27,824 nt of DNA from a virus (lineage: Duplodnaviria > Caudoviricetes): IMG/VR virus record IMGVR_UViG_3300020042_005038, positions 1-27,824 of that record. One strand, given 5' to 3'. Below are positions 18,035 to 25,919 of the stretch, piece after piece. Numbering within the stretch: position 1 is the stretch's first letter; the number at the start of each line of letters is the position of its first letter. A program made the translations under genes and the position numbers. The notes beneath the pieces are model-generated. The model had not been told where the DNA came from and did no database searches. It was given only the letters and a program-made list of their open reading frames with translations.

Positions 18035-18702
18035 TTGCGTCTCTCCTTGTAATTATGGCAAGTCTTGACGGGGCACCAACCGCATAATGGACCCGCTACT
18101 GCGTTCCATACCCCTGTTTTTAGGGCTGTTTCTAGTCGTTCTAAATCAAACCGCACATGCTCAAAGTAAGCCATTTTGTGCATCGAACTGTGTTCTTTGT
18201 TTACAAACTCATTACTGACTACGAATATCAAAGCAGACTTAAGCGTTTTAAGTTCTGGGAAGTGAGCAAATACCGCACCTGCTAGTAAATCCAACTGTTT
18301 TAAGTCAGCGTACTTTGCGTTCTTACTGCTCTTGTAATCCACTAGGTAGCCTTCGTCGCCATTAACAATCAGCAAGTCAGCGATACCCCGATACCACGCA
18401 TCTTTATCGTAGAACCCACAAGGATTAAGTCTGCCACCTTTATTAGATACGCCTAGTTCAATCTCAGTATGCTTCTCACCTGGTATGTTCTTAAGCGCAT
18501 CTACCGTATCTTGAATAAACGCAAACTGAGGAGGTATGGGTGTGCCATCTTTAATATAATCCTCAGCAGCTTTGTGTAGCTCTTTGCCATATATTGTGGC
18601 TTCACTACCTTCGTCTTTAACATCCTTAGCTACCTTAATATGGTAATACTTCTTTGGACATTGTTGGAATGTTTTAAGACTGCTATATGACCAAGCTGGC
18701 AT
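18031..18702 (-). CDS. PD-(D/E)XK (Cas4/RecB-like) exonuclease
   Basis: WSYSSLKTFQQCP, IADLL, LVDYKS, QL, C-terminal CGWCPVKTC (1+3 Cys). Likely start ATG 18702. Confidence 0.85.
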   Translation of the reverse strand: MPAWSYSSLKTFQQCPKKYYHIKVAKDVKDEGSEATIYGKELHKAAEDYIKDGTPIPPQFAFIQDTVDALKNIPGEKHTEIELGVSNKGGRLNPCGFYDKDAWYRGIADLLIVNGDEGYLVDYKSSKNAKYADLKQLDLLAGAVFAHFPELKTLKSALIFVVSNEFVNKEHSSMHKMAYFEHVRFDLERLETALKTGVWNAVAGPLCGWCPVKTCHNYKERRK

Positions 18703-18703
18703 A

Positions 18704-18964
18704 CTATCTTCCAAATCTTGGCATGCAAGTTACATCAACAGGAACATCAGACAAGTGACCGTTAATCTTGCGTCTAGATAGTATGACTGATGGTCTAAGC
18801 CCACTAGATTCGCATTCTTGAACCGCCATAATTACTTGACTGCGACTCATTTGTGTAACTTCTTTTTCTACTAATAATGTAGTATCAGGTAGTTTAGAGT
18901 TGTCTACGTAAGGCGATGAGCATGCCCCTAGCAAACCGCATGTTAACAAAATTAATTTTTTCAT
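18704..18964 (-). CDS. Small lipoprotein, 86 aa
   Basis: MKK, hydrophobic core and lipobox LGAC; GGAG RBS. Confidence 0.75.
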   Translation of the reverse strand: MKKLILLTCGLLGACSSPYVDNSKLPDTTLLVEKEVTQMSRSQVIMAVQECESSGLRPSVILSRRKINGHLSDVPVDVTCMPRFGR

Positions 18965-19179
18965 TCTTTTCTCCTCTTCGATGCATATTTAGTTTCAGAA
19001 ATTCTTGCTATGCAGTGGGCACACTTCCATCGTCGGATTGGTCGATGCCTACTACCAACAACAAGCATTTGACCACCAATATTAGACTGATAACTAGTAC
19101 AGCTTGAGCAATATTTTTTTTCATTCTCAAGCACTTTTTCTGATGTATCTTTTTCTAGGTTTAATTGCTGCAAGTCCAA
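18961..19179 (-). CDS. Small zinc-ribbon protein (start uncertain, possibly GTG 19134)
   Basis: CSSC...CAHC pairs. Confidence 0.6.
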   Translation of the reverse strand: MDLQQLNLEKDTSEKVLENEKKYCSSCTSYQSNIGGQMLVVGSRHRPIRRWKCAHCIARISETKYASKRRKE

Positions 19180-19336
19180 GCTCTTCTCCTTTATCTCTAG
19201 CTTCCATTAGGGCATCTGCCATACGATAAGATGCTTCAGCCATATCTTGTGGCGCACCTATATTTTTTGTAATTAATCCACACATAGCTAAACCCGCAAA
19301 TATATCACGTAGCATGCCTTTATCTTCTTCAGTCAT
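19127..19336 (-). CDS. Conserved small phage protein, ~69 aa
   Basis: LRDIFAGLAM...SYRMADALMEAR motif common in phages; likely start ATG 19336. Confidence 0.7.
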   Translation of the reverse strand: MTEEDKGMLRDIFAGLAMCGLITKNIGAPQDMAEASYRMADALMEARDKGEELGLAAIKPRKRYIRKSA

Positions 19337-19970
19337 TTGTACCCACCTTTTCAAAGTTATAAAACCACTCGTCTTTAGCACTCCACTTGGCGTGATTTTC
19401 TACGCTATAGACCTCAGTTGGTATCTTGAAGTCAGGGGTCTTTAGAACTGCTGGTACAAGTGATACGTCATACCACAAGCATCGGTTATTAGGTTGGCAG
19501 GCAAACTGCCCGTTATCTAAACGGATAAAGTTATAGCTCTTATGCTCCTCAACACCTTCTGAAAAGCTAGTATCTAGTCTATTGGGTTCGGGCGAGGCAA
19601 AGTCTATGGTGAATAAGTAGTTGCCAAAGTGAAACTGTTTATCCTTGCCAAAAAACTTAACCTTTAGACCCCGTAGGTTTGACTTCTCAATCACCGCCAT
19701 GTCATACGATAGGCAATCCCATATCTGTAAGTGATCTAAGGGTAACGACTCGGCTACCTTTTTCCAAACATACGCATGGATTGGCAGCTTGTCGTACAAC
19801 GCCCCATAGTTTGTCAGCATGGACTCAACACGAAACGCTTGCCCTTTGATTGCCTTGGCCGTCATCCACACACATGGCTCTAGTTCTCCATGCCCCTTCT
19901 CCTGGTTGTAAAGAAACTCTCTACGCACAAAGCATTTAACGGGGGGTATATTGGCTACTAGGAATGTCAT
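19329..19970 (-). CDS. Conserved hypothetical phage protein, 213 aa
   Basis: Long coupled ORF with ANIPP..VRREFLY..GHGE, WDC, EHK and QPNNR motifs. Confidence 0.75.
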   Translation of the reverse strand: MTFLVANIPPVKCFVRREFLYNQEKGHGELEPCVWMTAKAIKGQAFRVESMLTNYGALYDKLPIHAYVWKKVAESLPLDHLQIWDCLSYDMAVIEKSNLRGLKVKFFGKDKQFHFGNYLFTIDFASPEPNRLDTSFSEGVEEHKSYNFIRLDNGQFACQPNNRCLWYDVSLVPAVLKTPDFKIPTEVYSVENHAKWSAKDEWFYNFEKVGTND

Positions 19971-20245
19971 TTCTTTTTCACCGAATCAATAAACTTACGA
20001 TACACACCTGCCGCATCTGTTTTACCCATGACCTTTGCCCGTTGCTCCATGGCAATAGCCGCTTGTATCTTGTGTGCATGAGAGCGCCCACTTGATTTAA
20101 TCTTAGAGACACTAGCCCTAGCATCTTGAGCCGTAGCAAACTTTAGCCCTGTAATCGTACCTTTAGGGTCTTCGTCTGTGTACAAGTCGCTATGCTTGTC
20201 TGACTTAGCAGGTTGCCCCGCCTTTCTTGGTATACGTTTATTCAT
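19967..20245 (-). CDS. Basic hypothetical protein with LYTDEDPKGTI motif, ~92 aa
   Basis: GGAGAGG RBS before ATG 20245; ATGA overlaps at both ends. Confidence 0.7.
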   Translation of the reverse strand: MNKRIPRKAGQPAKSDKHSDLYTDEDPKGTITGLKFATAQDARASVSKIKSSGRSHAHKIQAAIAMEQRAKVMGKTDAAGVYRKFIDSVKKK

Positions 20246-20415
20246 TTTTGAATCCTCTCCCATAACTCAGACATTGATATTCCTTTGATCTCTCTCCAAC
20301 CAATGTGTATGCAGGCATACATAATAAATAGGAAGAAGGCAAAGATCACGGCAAATATCACCACCGCACAGGTAGCTACGAATAATGCAAACATATTAAG
20401 TATTGTGACAATCAT
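20242..20415 (-). CDS. Small membrane protein, ~57 aa
   Basis: GGAG RBS and ATG 20415 just after the polymerase stop; about 30 consecutive hydrophobic residues. Confidence 0.6.
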   Translation of the reverse strand: MIVTILNMFALFVATCAVVIFAVIFAFFLFIMYACIHIGWREIKGISMSELWERIQK

Positions 20416-20417
20416 TT

Positions 20418-22241
20418 TTAACAATCTCCATACGATTTGCCTACACCTGACTCGCAACTCAAAGGTAGGTCTTGTGCCCACTTGGGTCGCATCTTCATAC
20501 ACATTTCTACATACTCTTGACCCGCTTCCGCTTCTTGCTCAGGTATTACGCAAGCAATCGCATCATGCACAGTCATTACCACTTTATATTTCTTTGCTAC
20601 TTGTAGCATCTGCTCACCGATGATGATTCGGGCTAACGCTTGACAAACATTCTCAATAACTTTCCCACCATATATTCTGTTAAGCACAACTGCTTTACCC
20701 TTTCTGGTGTCGTACACATACTCGTCCTTACCCTGCTCGTTTCGCATTTTACGTAGGTTGGGGTACTTTACATACAGTCCGTTTGGTAAGCGAATGCCTT
20801 TTCTGCCTTCTACTTCGAGGACTCCTGCTTTACCTAATGGCGCAGTTTGGTTGTTAAGAATTGCGTCTAATGCTTTCCCTGCTTGATTCCATAGTTGCGG
20901 TATCCAATCATAAGTTTCTCGGTAGACTTTAATAATACGAGTGGCTTCCTCTTCTTCGATCTCCACATTAAACGTCTTGAGCTGTGTTTTAAATTTCGTA
21001 CTCCCCATGCCGTAGCCACACCCCAATATAGTCGTTTTGCCAACGAACCTTTCGTCCTTACTAATTTCTTTAGTTGCCTTGTTATAGATAGACGATGCCA
21101 TGATTTGGTATACATCTTCGCCCCTTTCAAACGCATCAACTAAATCATTCTGTTCAGCAAGCCACGCTAGAGTTCTTGCTTCTATTTGGCTAGAGTCAGA
21201 GTCCACAACAACGTGCCCGGGAGGAGCCATAATTGCGTCTTTAAGAGTTGAGCCTCGTGGTAAGTTTTGCAGGTTAACCTTGTCGTCACCGCCCCAACGA
21301 CCTGTATGAGCTGCATAGTAGCGTAGTGGTATGGGGAATAAGCCTCGCTGCGCTATCTCAATAAAGCGTTCAGTCCTTGTTTCTTCAATGGTTGACTTAA
21401 CACCAAGACGCGCTGACGCTAACGCTTGCACCACTTCGTTCTCGTGTTCAAGCAGTTCTTTGAACCCTTCGTCAGTCTTAGCAAATGCCCATGCCTCTTT
21501 GCCTGTCGTAGCACTAATTTTGCGTGGGGGTTCTATACCCTGTGCTATGAGCAACTCAGCAAACTTGTCATTGCTCATCAATAATTCTTTTTCTTTCTCG
21601 ATGCTAGCTAGCAGACTTTTTTTTCTCTGCCGTACTACCGCCAAGTGGTCATGCAATATATTGCCGTCAAGCCATAAGCTAGGCTCAGTAAACATACGGA
21701 TAGTTAGATCAATAAGCCGTAGCTCACTAGGAGGAAAGCCTGCACTTAGCTTCTCAAACAAACCTATGGTAAGCATCACGTCATTTTTGCAATACTCGCC
21801 GTACTGTGCCAAATCCTGTGCATTAAAGTCAATCCGACGCTTGCCTTGTGCCTGTAAGACTTCTGTACCTTTTACTCCTAGTCCGTAGTGTTCAGCTAGC
21901 TTGGCAAGGCTACCGCCAACCTCAGTCCCATGTATGGCTCTTGCCATAGATAAGGTATCAGCAATGCCCTTGGGTCTTATACCAAACTCCCAATTAAGAA
22001 TAGCCATGTCAAACATAGCGTTGTGGGCTATCACGAGATGCTTGTCGAGTTCAAAGCTATCTAAGAACTTCTTTGTATCTGCTTTAGTACCACTAAACCA
22101 AGTAGGAGCGCCCGCTTGTTCGCACACTGCTACCCCGATAGTTTCAAACTCAGAGCTACGGACGTACTCTTCCGTGGTAATTTTGCTAAGGGAGAAGGTT
22201 TGAGAGTAGTAAGTCTCAAAGTCTAAACAAAAGATTTTCAA
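20418..22241 (-). CDS. polA: Phage family A DNA polymerase with 3'-5' exonuclease, 607 aa
   Basis: Exo I LDFET, Exo II AHNAMFD, Exo III YCKND; HTGRWGG; motif A DSSQIEAR; motif B RFVGKTTILGCGYG; motif C TVHD. Confidence 0.93.
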   Translation of the reverse strand: MKIFCLDFETYYSQTFSLSKITTEEYVRSSEFETIGVAVCEQAGAPTWFSGTKADTKKFLDSFELDKHLVIAHNAMFDMAILNWEFGIRPKGIADTLSMARAIHGTEVGGSLAKLAEHYGLGVKGTEVLQAQGKRRIDFNAQDLAQYGEYCKNDVMLTIGLFEKLSAGFPPSELRLIDLTIRMFTEPSLWLDGNILHDHLAVVRQRKKSLLASIEKEKELLMSNDKFAELLIAQGIEPPRKISATTGKEAWAFAKTDEGFKELLEHENEVVQALASARLGVKSTIEETRTERFIEIAQRGLFPIPLRYYAAHTGRWGGDDKVNLQNLPRGSTLKDAIMAPPGHVVVDSDSSQIEARTLAWLAEQNDLVDAFERGEDVYQIMASSIYNKATKEISKDERFVGKTTILGCGYGMGSTKFKTQLKTFNVEIEEEEATRIIKVYRETYDWIPQLWNQAGKALDAILNNQTAPLGKAGVLEVEGRKGIRLPNGLYVKYPNLRKMRNEQGKDEYVYDTRKGKAVVLNRIYGGKVIENVCQALARIIIGEQMLQVAKKYKVVMTVHDAIACVIPEQEAEAGQEYVEMCMKMRPKWAQDLPLSCESGVGKSYGDC

Positions 22242-22630
22242 AATTTACCTTTGGGGCTACCGCTTTTTACTTGCCGTTTTCCCGATGATAGTTCTGCTAG
22301 TTTTGCTTTAGCTTCTATTAGTGCTACTACTTCGGAATAACCTAATCCATCTTCTGCATCTCGTAGCAGAGTATTCATGACTCGTTTAGTAAACAGCTCG
22401 CCTTGGAGACTTTGCATCTTGTCCCATAAGGTTTTGATCTCTTTGTCGTTTAGGAATGACAACTGATCTTTGTAGTCCTTACCCCCATTAGTTCGCATTT
22501 CAACAGAGAGGAGAATGTCTCGCCATTTTGCAGGATACCCATCTCGCAGGGTAGGGATAAACTCATCAGGGTTACTGCTCATGCGTTCAAGTAATATCTG
22601 AACACCTTTGTTCATTTCAACATCTGCCAT
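22238..22630 (-). CDS. Hypothetical protein, 130 aa
   Basis: GAGGGGG RBS; overlaps both neighbours. Confidence 0.7.
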   Translation of the reverse strand: MADVEMNKGVQILLERMSSNPDEFIPTLRDGYPAKWRDILLSVEMRTNGGKDYKDQLSFLNDKEIKTLWDKMQSLQGELFTKRVMNTLLRDAEDGLGYSEVVALIEAKAKLAELSSGKRQVKSGSPKGKF

Positions 22631-22946
22631 ATGTGTCCCCCTCGTTGTTAGCCCCTGTTAATTTTTTAAGCAAACTCTCTAACAATGTTAGGTTGCTTTC
22701 ATTTATTACGACGGCAATTCCACCCTGTTTACGGATGTCTGCCATTTCTTTTTCTTGTAGTGCAGTAGGCTTATTGTCGCCTGCCTTGCACTCAATAGCT
22801 ACAAATCTTTTTGAGATGCAACAAATAATATCAGGCACACCGCTACGACCATAGCCATGGGTAGCAGGGAAGAAGTAATAAGCGTCGTAAGCCTTAAGTA
22901 GCTTGACGCATTTATCTTTTACTTTCTTTTCGGGAGTGAGTGCCAT
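22617..22946 (-). CDS. VRR-NUC-like nuclease (possible Holliday junction resolvase), 109 aa
   Basis: PEKKVK...GVPDII...FVAIECK...LQ...GG motif. Confidence 0.85.
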   Translation of the reverse strand: MALTPEKKVKDKCVKLLKAYDAYYFFPATHGYGRSGVPDIICCISKRFVAIECKAGDNKPTALQEKEMADIRKQGGIAVVINESNLTLLESLLKKLTGANNEGDTYGRC

Positions 22947-22952
22947 GCCACC

Positions 22953-22980
22953 ATAATAGCATGGTGTTGGACTTTGTCAA
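22953..22980 (-). promoter_or_regulatory. sigma70-type promoter, probably giving a leaderless mRNA
   Basis: The - strand reads TTGACA-16 nt-TATTAT with extended -10 TGn; ATG follows 6 nt later with no Shine-Dalgarno. Confidence 0.75.
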
Positions 22981-22984
22981 GGAG

Positions 22985-23130
22985 AAAATTGGGTGGAGAT
23001 GTAGATTCTCTGCCACCCTCAGAGTTAACAAGGATTCAGCTAGCCATAAAGTATTGGGGCAAACTAGCTGAAGATAAAATCCATTCGCATCTACAAGGCT
23101 ACTAAGTTCTATCTGTAATCAAACTGCCCC
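22985..23130 (-). ncRNA. Putative structured RNA: two hairpins whose loops pair with upstream segments
   Basis: Stem 23035-23043/23064-23072; stem 22991-22999/23007-23018; loop pairings 23000-23006 with 23089-23095 and 23056-23061 with 23125-23130. Confidence 0.6.
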
Positions 23131-23139
23131 CTAACATTG

Positions 23140-23574
23140 TTAGGTCTTGCTAAGATTACTAATAGCCCGATCCAAATACCATTTAGCTTTCTGTAAGTCT
23201 TCCAACTTATTGCCTTTCAAATCGGCACGACTTACATACTTCACTACATTACCTAGGTTATACCCTAGGTTCTTAGCCTCGATAAAATCAATCGTCTCAA
23301 TACCCCCTGCCTTGTAATGCGGTGGGTGGTTGACCATGTCGGCTTTGCTATGAATACTCTTGTTGGAGGTAGACACTGCTATTACTTGCATACCCTTAGT
23401 AGCTTTACGTGCGGCAGGCTTAGGCGATAGCATTTCTTTCTTGCGACGATATATCGTTTGATACACGCTAGCAATTGGAACTCCTGTTGCCTGCGATACT
23501 TCCTTAGCTTTAGCGTTAGGATTTTTTTGAACGTAACGAACTACTCTACTGCTTTTGGTGAGTTTCTTTCTCAT
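23140..23574 (-). CDS. HTH + DUF3310-like (T7 gp1.7 nucleotide-kinase-related) protein
   Basis: N-terminal AKAKEVSQATGVPIASVY HTH; C-terminal VNHPPHY..GIETIDFI..NVVKY..EDLQKAKWYL. GGAG RBS before ATG 23574. Confidence 0.8.
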   Translation of the reverse strand: MRKKLTKSSRVVRYVQKNPNAKAKEVSQATGVPIASVYQTIYRRKKEMLSPKPAARKATKGMQVIAVSTSNKSIHSKADMVNHPPHYKAGGIETIDFIEAKNLGYNLGNVVKYVSRADLKGNKLEDLQKAKWYLDRAISNLSKT

Positions 23575-23743
23575 TTGTTTCTCCGTTTTGTTGAACATAA
23601 TTAGCTAATACTTCCCTAATCTTTGCACTCTTGTTAGGGTAAGCATTGAAAAACTCTGCTACTTCTTGGCTGATGCGGATAGGTAGGTAAACCATTGCAG
23701 GCTTTACCCCCTTGCCCCTGCCTCTTTTTATTAGTTCAGTCAT
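23546..23743 (-). CDS. Ribbon-helix-helix (BrnA/Arc-like) DNA-binding protein, ~65 aa
   Basis: Basic arm RGRGKG, beta strand VYLPIRI, helices SQEVAEFF and KSAKIREVLANYV. GAGG RBS before ATG 23743. Confidence 0.65.
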   Translation of the reverse strand: MTELIKRGRGKGVKPAMVYLPIRISQEVAEFFNAYPNKSAKIREVLANYVQQNGETNEKETHQKQ

Positions 23744-23951
23744 TTGGTTTATTAGCCTCACGATTTAGTTTGAACAAATAATCTTCCCGATACTCAGTAG
23801 GTGGAACAAATCCGTGCTTTTTCCATGTTCTCATTACGTCAGCACCAGTAGTCCATTTAAATCTTGAGTCTTTATCTAAAGCCATAGATGTCATCTTTTC
23901 TTGTTTAGGTAAATCTTCTACTATAAATACATGTCGTTTCTTATTAAACAT
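23736..23951 (-). CDS. Small conserved phage protein, 71 aa
   Basis: AAGGAGG RBS; DVMRTWKKHGFVPP motif. Confidence 0.75.
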   Translation of the reverse strand: MFNKKRHVFIVEDLPKQEKMTSMALDKDSRFKWTTGADVMRTWKKHGFVPPTEYREDYLFKLNREANKPND

Positions 23952-23960
23952 ACTTCCTCC

Positions 23961-24800
23961 TTAACTAACATTGTTAGGTAACACCAAGAAAGTAGTTTCG
24001 TTAACACGCAAACCTACATCACTAATCACTTGGTTATCTTCAACTAATTTAAGTAGCCCTACTGCCCTACGAATAAAGTCGGGCAACTCATCACTCTGTT
24101 TTATTTCCAAAGGGTCTTCGCCCTTTTGCACAGAATAGTTTACTCCATCTATGAACACAATAAAAGCATTGTTGTTTTTAAACATAGAATCTATATGTTG
24201 CATTGCATGATGCTCATTAAGTTTACTAGGTAACTCTTTTATTGCTTCGCTTGCTCTAGCACCTGGAGTTATTACACTAGCAGTAAACTCTTCGTAGTTA
24301 CTATATATAAAAGTTTGTGCTTGTTGTTCTAACGCACTCCATGAATGTTTTAATGCCCACGCTTTTTCGTTATCTATTTGATATATTGTGCTTTTAACTT
24401 TGTCCTTAGCCTCTTTAAACTTTTCGTCCACATTTTTTCTACCAAAAAACTTATCCACATGCTTAAGTGCTTTGTTAAGGTGAATCGTTTTCATACCACA
24501 ACCACGTTCACGCATGCCTTGAATGCGGTGATTGTCAATACGATACCGATACCCACCACTAGTGTAGTCCTTGTCGATTGAACCTAGGACTTCTCGCTTG
24601 TCTTTAATGTCAAAGCGGTGAGCATGAATAACTTTGTCTGTTGCCATAGCAGTAACGCTAGTTTCGACAAACGTCCATTGCGGATACTTCAAAGCCAACT
24701 GCTCTACTAGGTCTTTGAGAAATGGGTCAATCATGGACTGCCTCTTGATTCCATCGCCAAAGCGGTCATGCTCTTTCAACTCAATGTTTACATATGTCAT
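23961..24800 (-). CDS. Hypothetical protein, 279 aa
   Basis: Long ORF in the operon, GGGG RBS. Confidence 0.8.
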   Translation of the reverse strand: MTYVNIELKEHDRFGDGIKRQSMIDPFLKDLVEQLALKYPQWTFVETSVTAMATDKVIHAHRFDIKDKREVLGSIDKDYTSGGYRYRIDNHRIQGMRERGCGMKTIHLNKALKHVDKFFGRKNVDEKFKEAKDKVKSTIYQIDNEKAWALKHSWSALEQQAQTFIYSNYEEFTASVITPGARASEAIKELPSKLNEHHAMQHIDSMFKNNNAFIVFIDGVNYSVQKGEDPLEIKQSDELPDFIRRAVGLLKLVEDNQVISDVGLRVNETTFLVLPNNVS

Positions 24801-24812
24801 TTAATTATCCCC

Positions 24813-25670
24813 TTACCAATCAAACTTCTTAAGAATGTCGTCGACCTTAGCCTTTACGCTACTACGCACATCAGGGCTTTCCTTGATTGCCTCGATGTCA
24901 ACCCCTAACATTGTTAGTTCAAGGGAACGGCGGGCATTCTCAAGCAATGGGTCTTTCGTTACGTTCAAATGCGTAAGCAAGCCACACAACTCCTGAGCAT
25001 TGGTAATCAGGGTATCGTGATACCTCTTCTTGGTCTCGTCATCGCCATCTATATCGGTTAGCTTTTCTGAGATATGGATAAGAGTCTTATGCAATTTCTC
25101 CCATGGTTCACGCATAGCATCTTTGAGCCTGTCATTAAACGCTGACTCATACTGCTGACCTAGTTCGTCCATGTCTGCTTTGGGTATATCAAGACGGAAG
25201 TCTCCACCCTCGGGCAACGGAGAGAATACCAAACGGAATCCAAACTTGCTACGCAACTCCTCAATACTTGGATAGTCATAAGGGTTGAACAAGTCGCCCA
25301 TATGATGTTTAGATAACTCGATTAAGTCTCCATAGTTTGCATAGAAGTCCTCGATCATGGTGTTCATGTTCTGCTGATACACATTCATGTTTGATTTGTA
25401 GTCCATGAATAGGCTAGTAGGCAGTAGCCTCGCACCTTTGTCTGACCACGATAGCGTAGTCTGATTGTGGTAGAGCCTAGCCTTAGCAGCGTAGTCAGAT
25501 ATCTTCTTACGCTTGTCCGTTCCTGCCATTAGATTCTTACGCACTTGGGCTGAGTCTTTGCTTGCACTATTACTTGCAAGCACACTATCGGTTGCACCCT
25601 TGTCCAACTTGTTGGCAGTCCAAACACTAATGTTTAGTTCTACCAATACTGCACTAGATGAAATACTCAT
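24813..25670 (-). CDS. Conserved helical phage protein next to the AAA/VWA genes, 285 aa
   Basis: GAGGAG RBS; LVELNISVWTANKLD, TLSW...RLLP and DYPS motifs. Confidence 0.75.
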   Translation of the reverse strand: MSISSSAVLVELNISVWTANKLDKGATDSVLASNSASKDSAQVRKNLMAGTDKRKKISDYAAKARLYHNQTTLSWSDKGARLLPTSLFMDYKSNMNVYQQNMNTMIEDFYANYGDLIELSKHHMGDLFNPYDYPSIEELRSKFGFRLVFSPLPEGGDFRLDIPKADMDELGQQYESAFNDRLKDAMREPWEKLHKTLIHISEKLTDIDGDDETKKRYHDTLITNAQELCGLLTHLNVTKDPLLENARRSLELTMLGVDIEAIKESPDVRSSVKAKVDDILKKFDW

Positions 25671-25672
25671 GA

Positions 25673-25915
25673 TTAACTCTCCTCAGGTTTGCCAGCTAAC
25701 TTCGCCAATGAATACATGTTGTTACTTAACACCTTCATACTGCACAACTCCTTCTGTTGCGGAAATATATGGTAGGTATTGCCACCTCTTTCGTTTGATC
25801 GGTATACCTCCTTATACATTTCTGCATCTTTGAGTAGGTCTAACAATGTTAGAGCCTTGTCTGCCTCCATCACAAAATGTTTGTCATACCCAAATTCAAT
25901 AATTACTTTAGCCAT
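25673..25915 (-). CDS. Hypothetical protein, ~80 aa
   Basis: AAGGA before ATG 25915 (MAKVIIEFG); the track's longer start overlaps the VWA gene. Confidence 0.7.
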   Translation of the reverse strand: MAKVIIEFGYDKHFVMEADKALTLLDLLKDAEMYKEVYRSNERGGNTYHIFPQQKELCSMKVLSNNMYSLAKLAGKPEES

Positions 25916-25919
25916 AGGA

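Noticed and set aside
23085-23110. TCTAC / CTACTAAGT resemblance to Cas12a repeats
   Set aside because: The repeat's hairpin (TCTAC-loop-GTAGAT) is not formed locally and there is no array.
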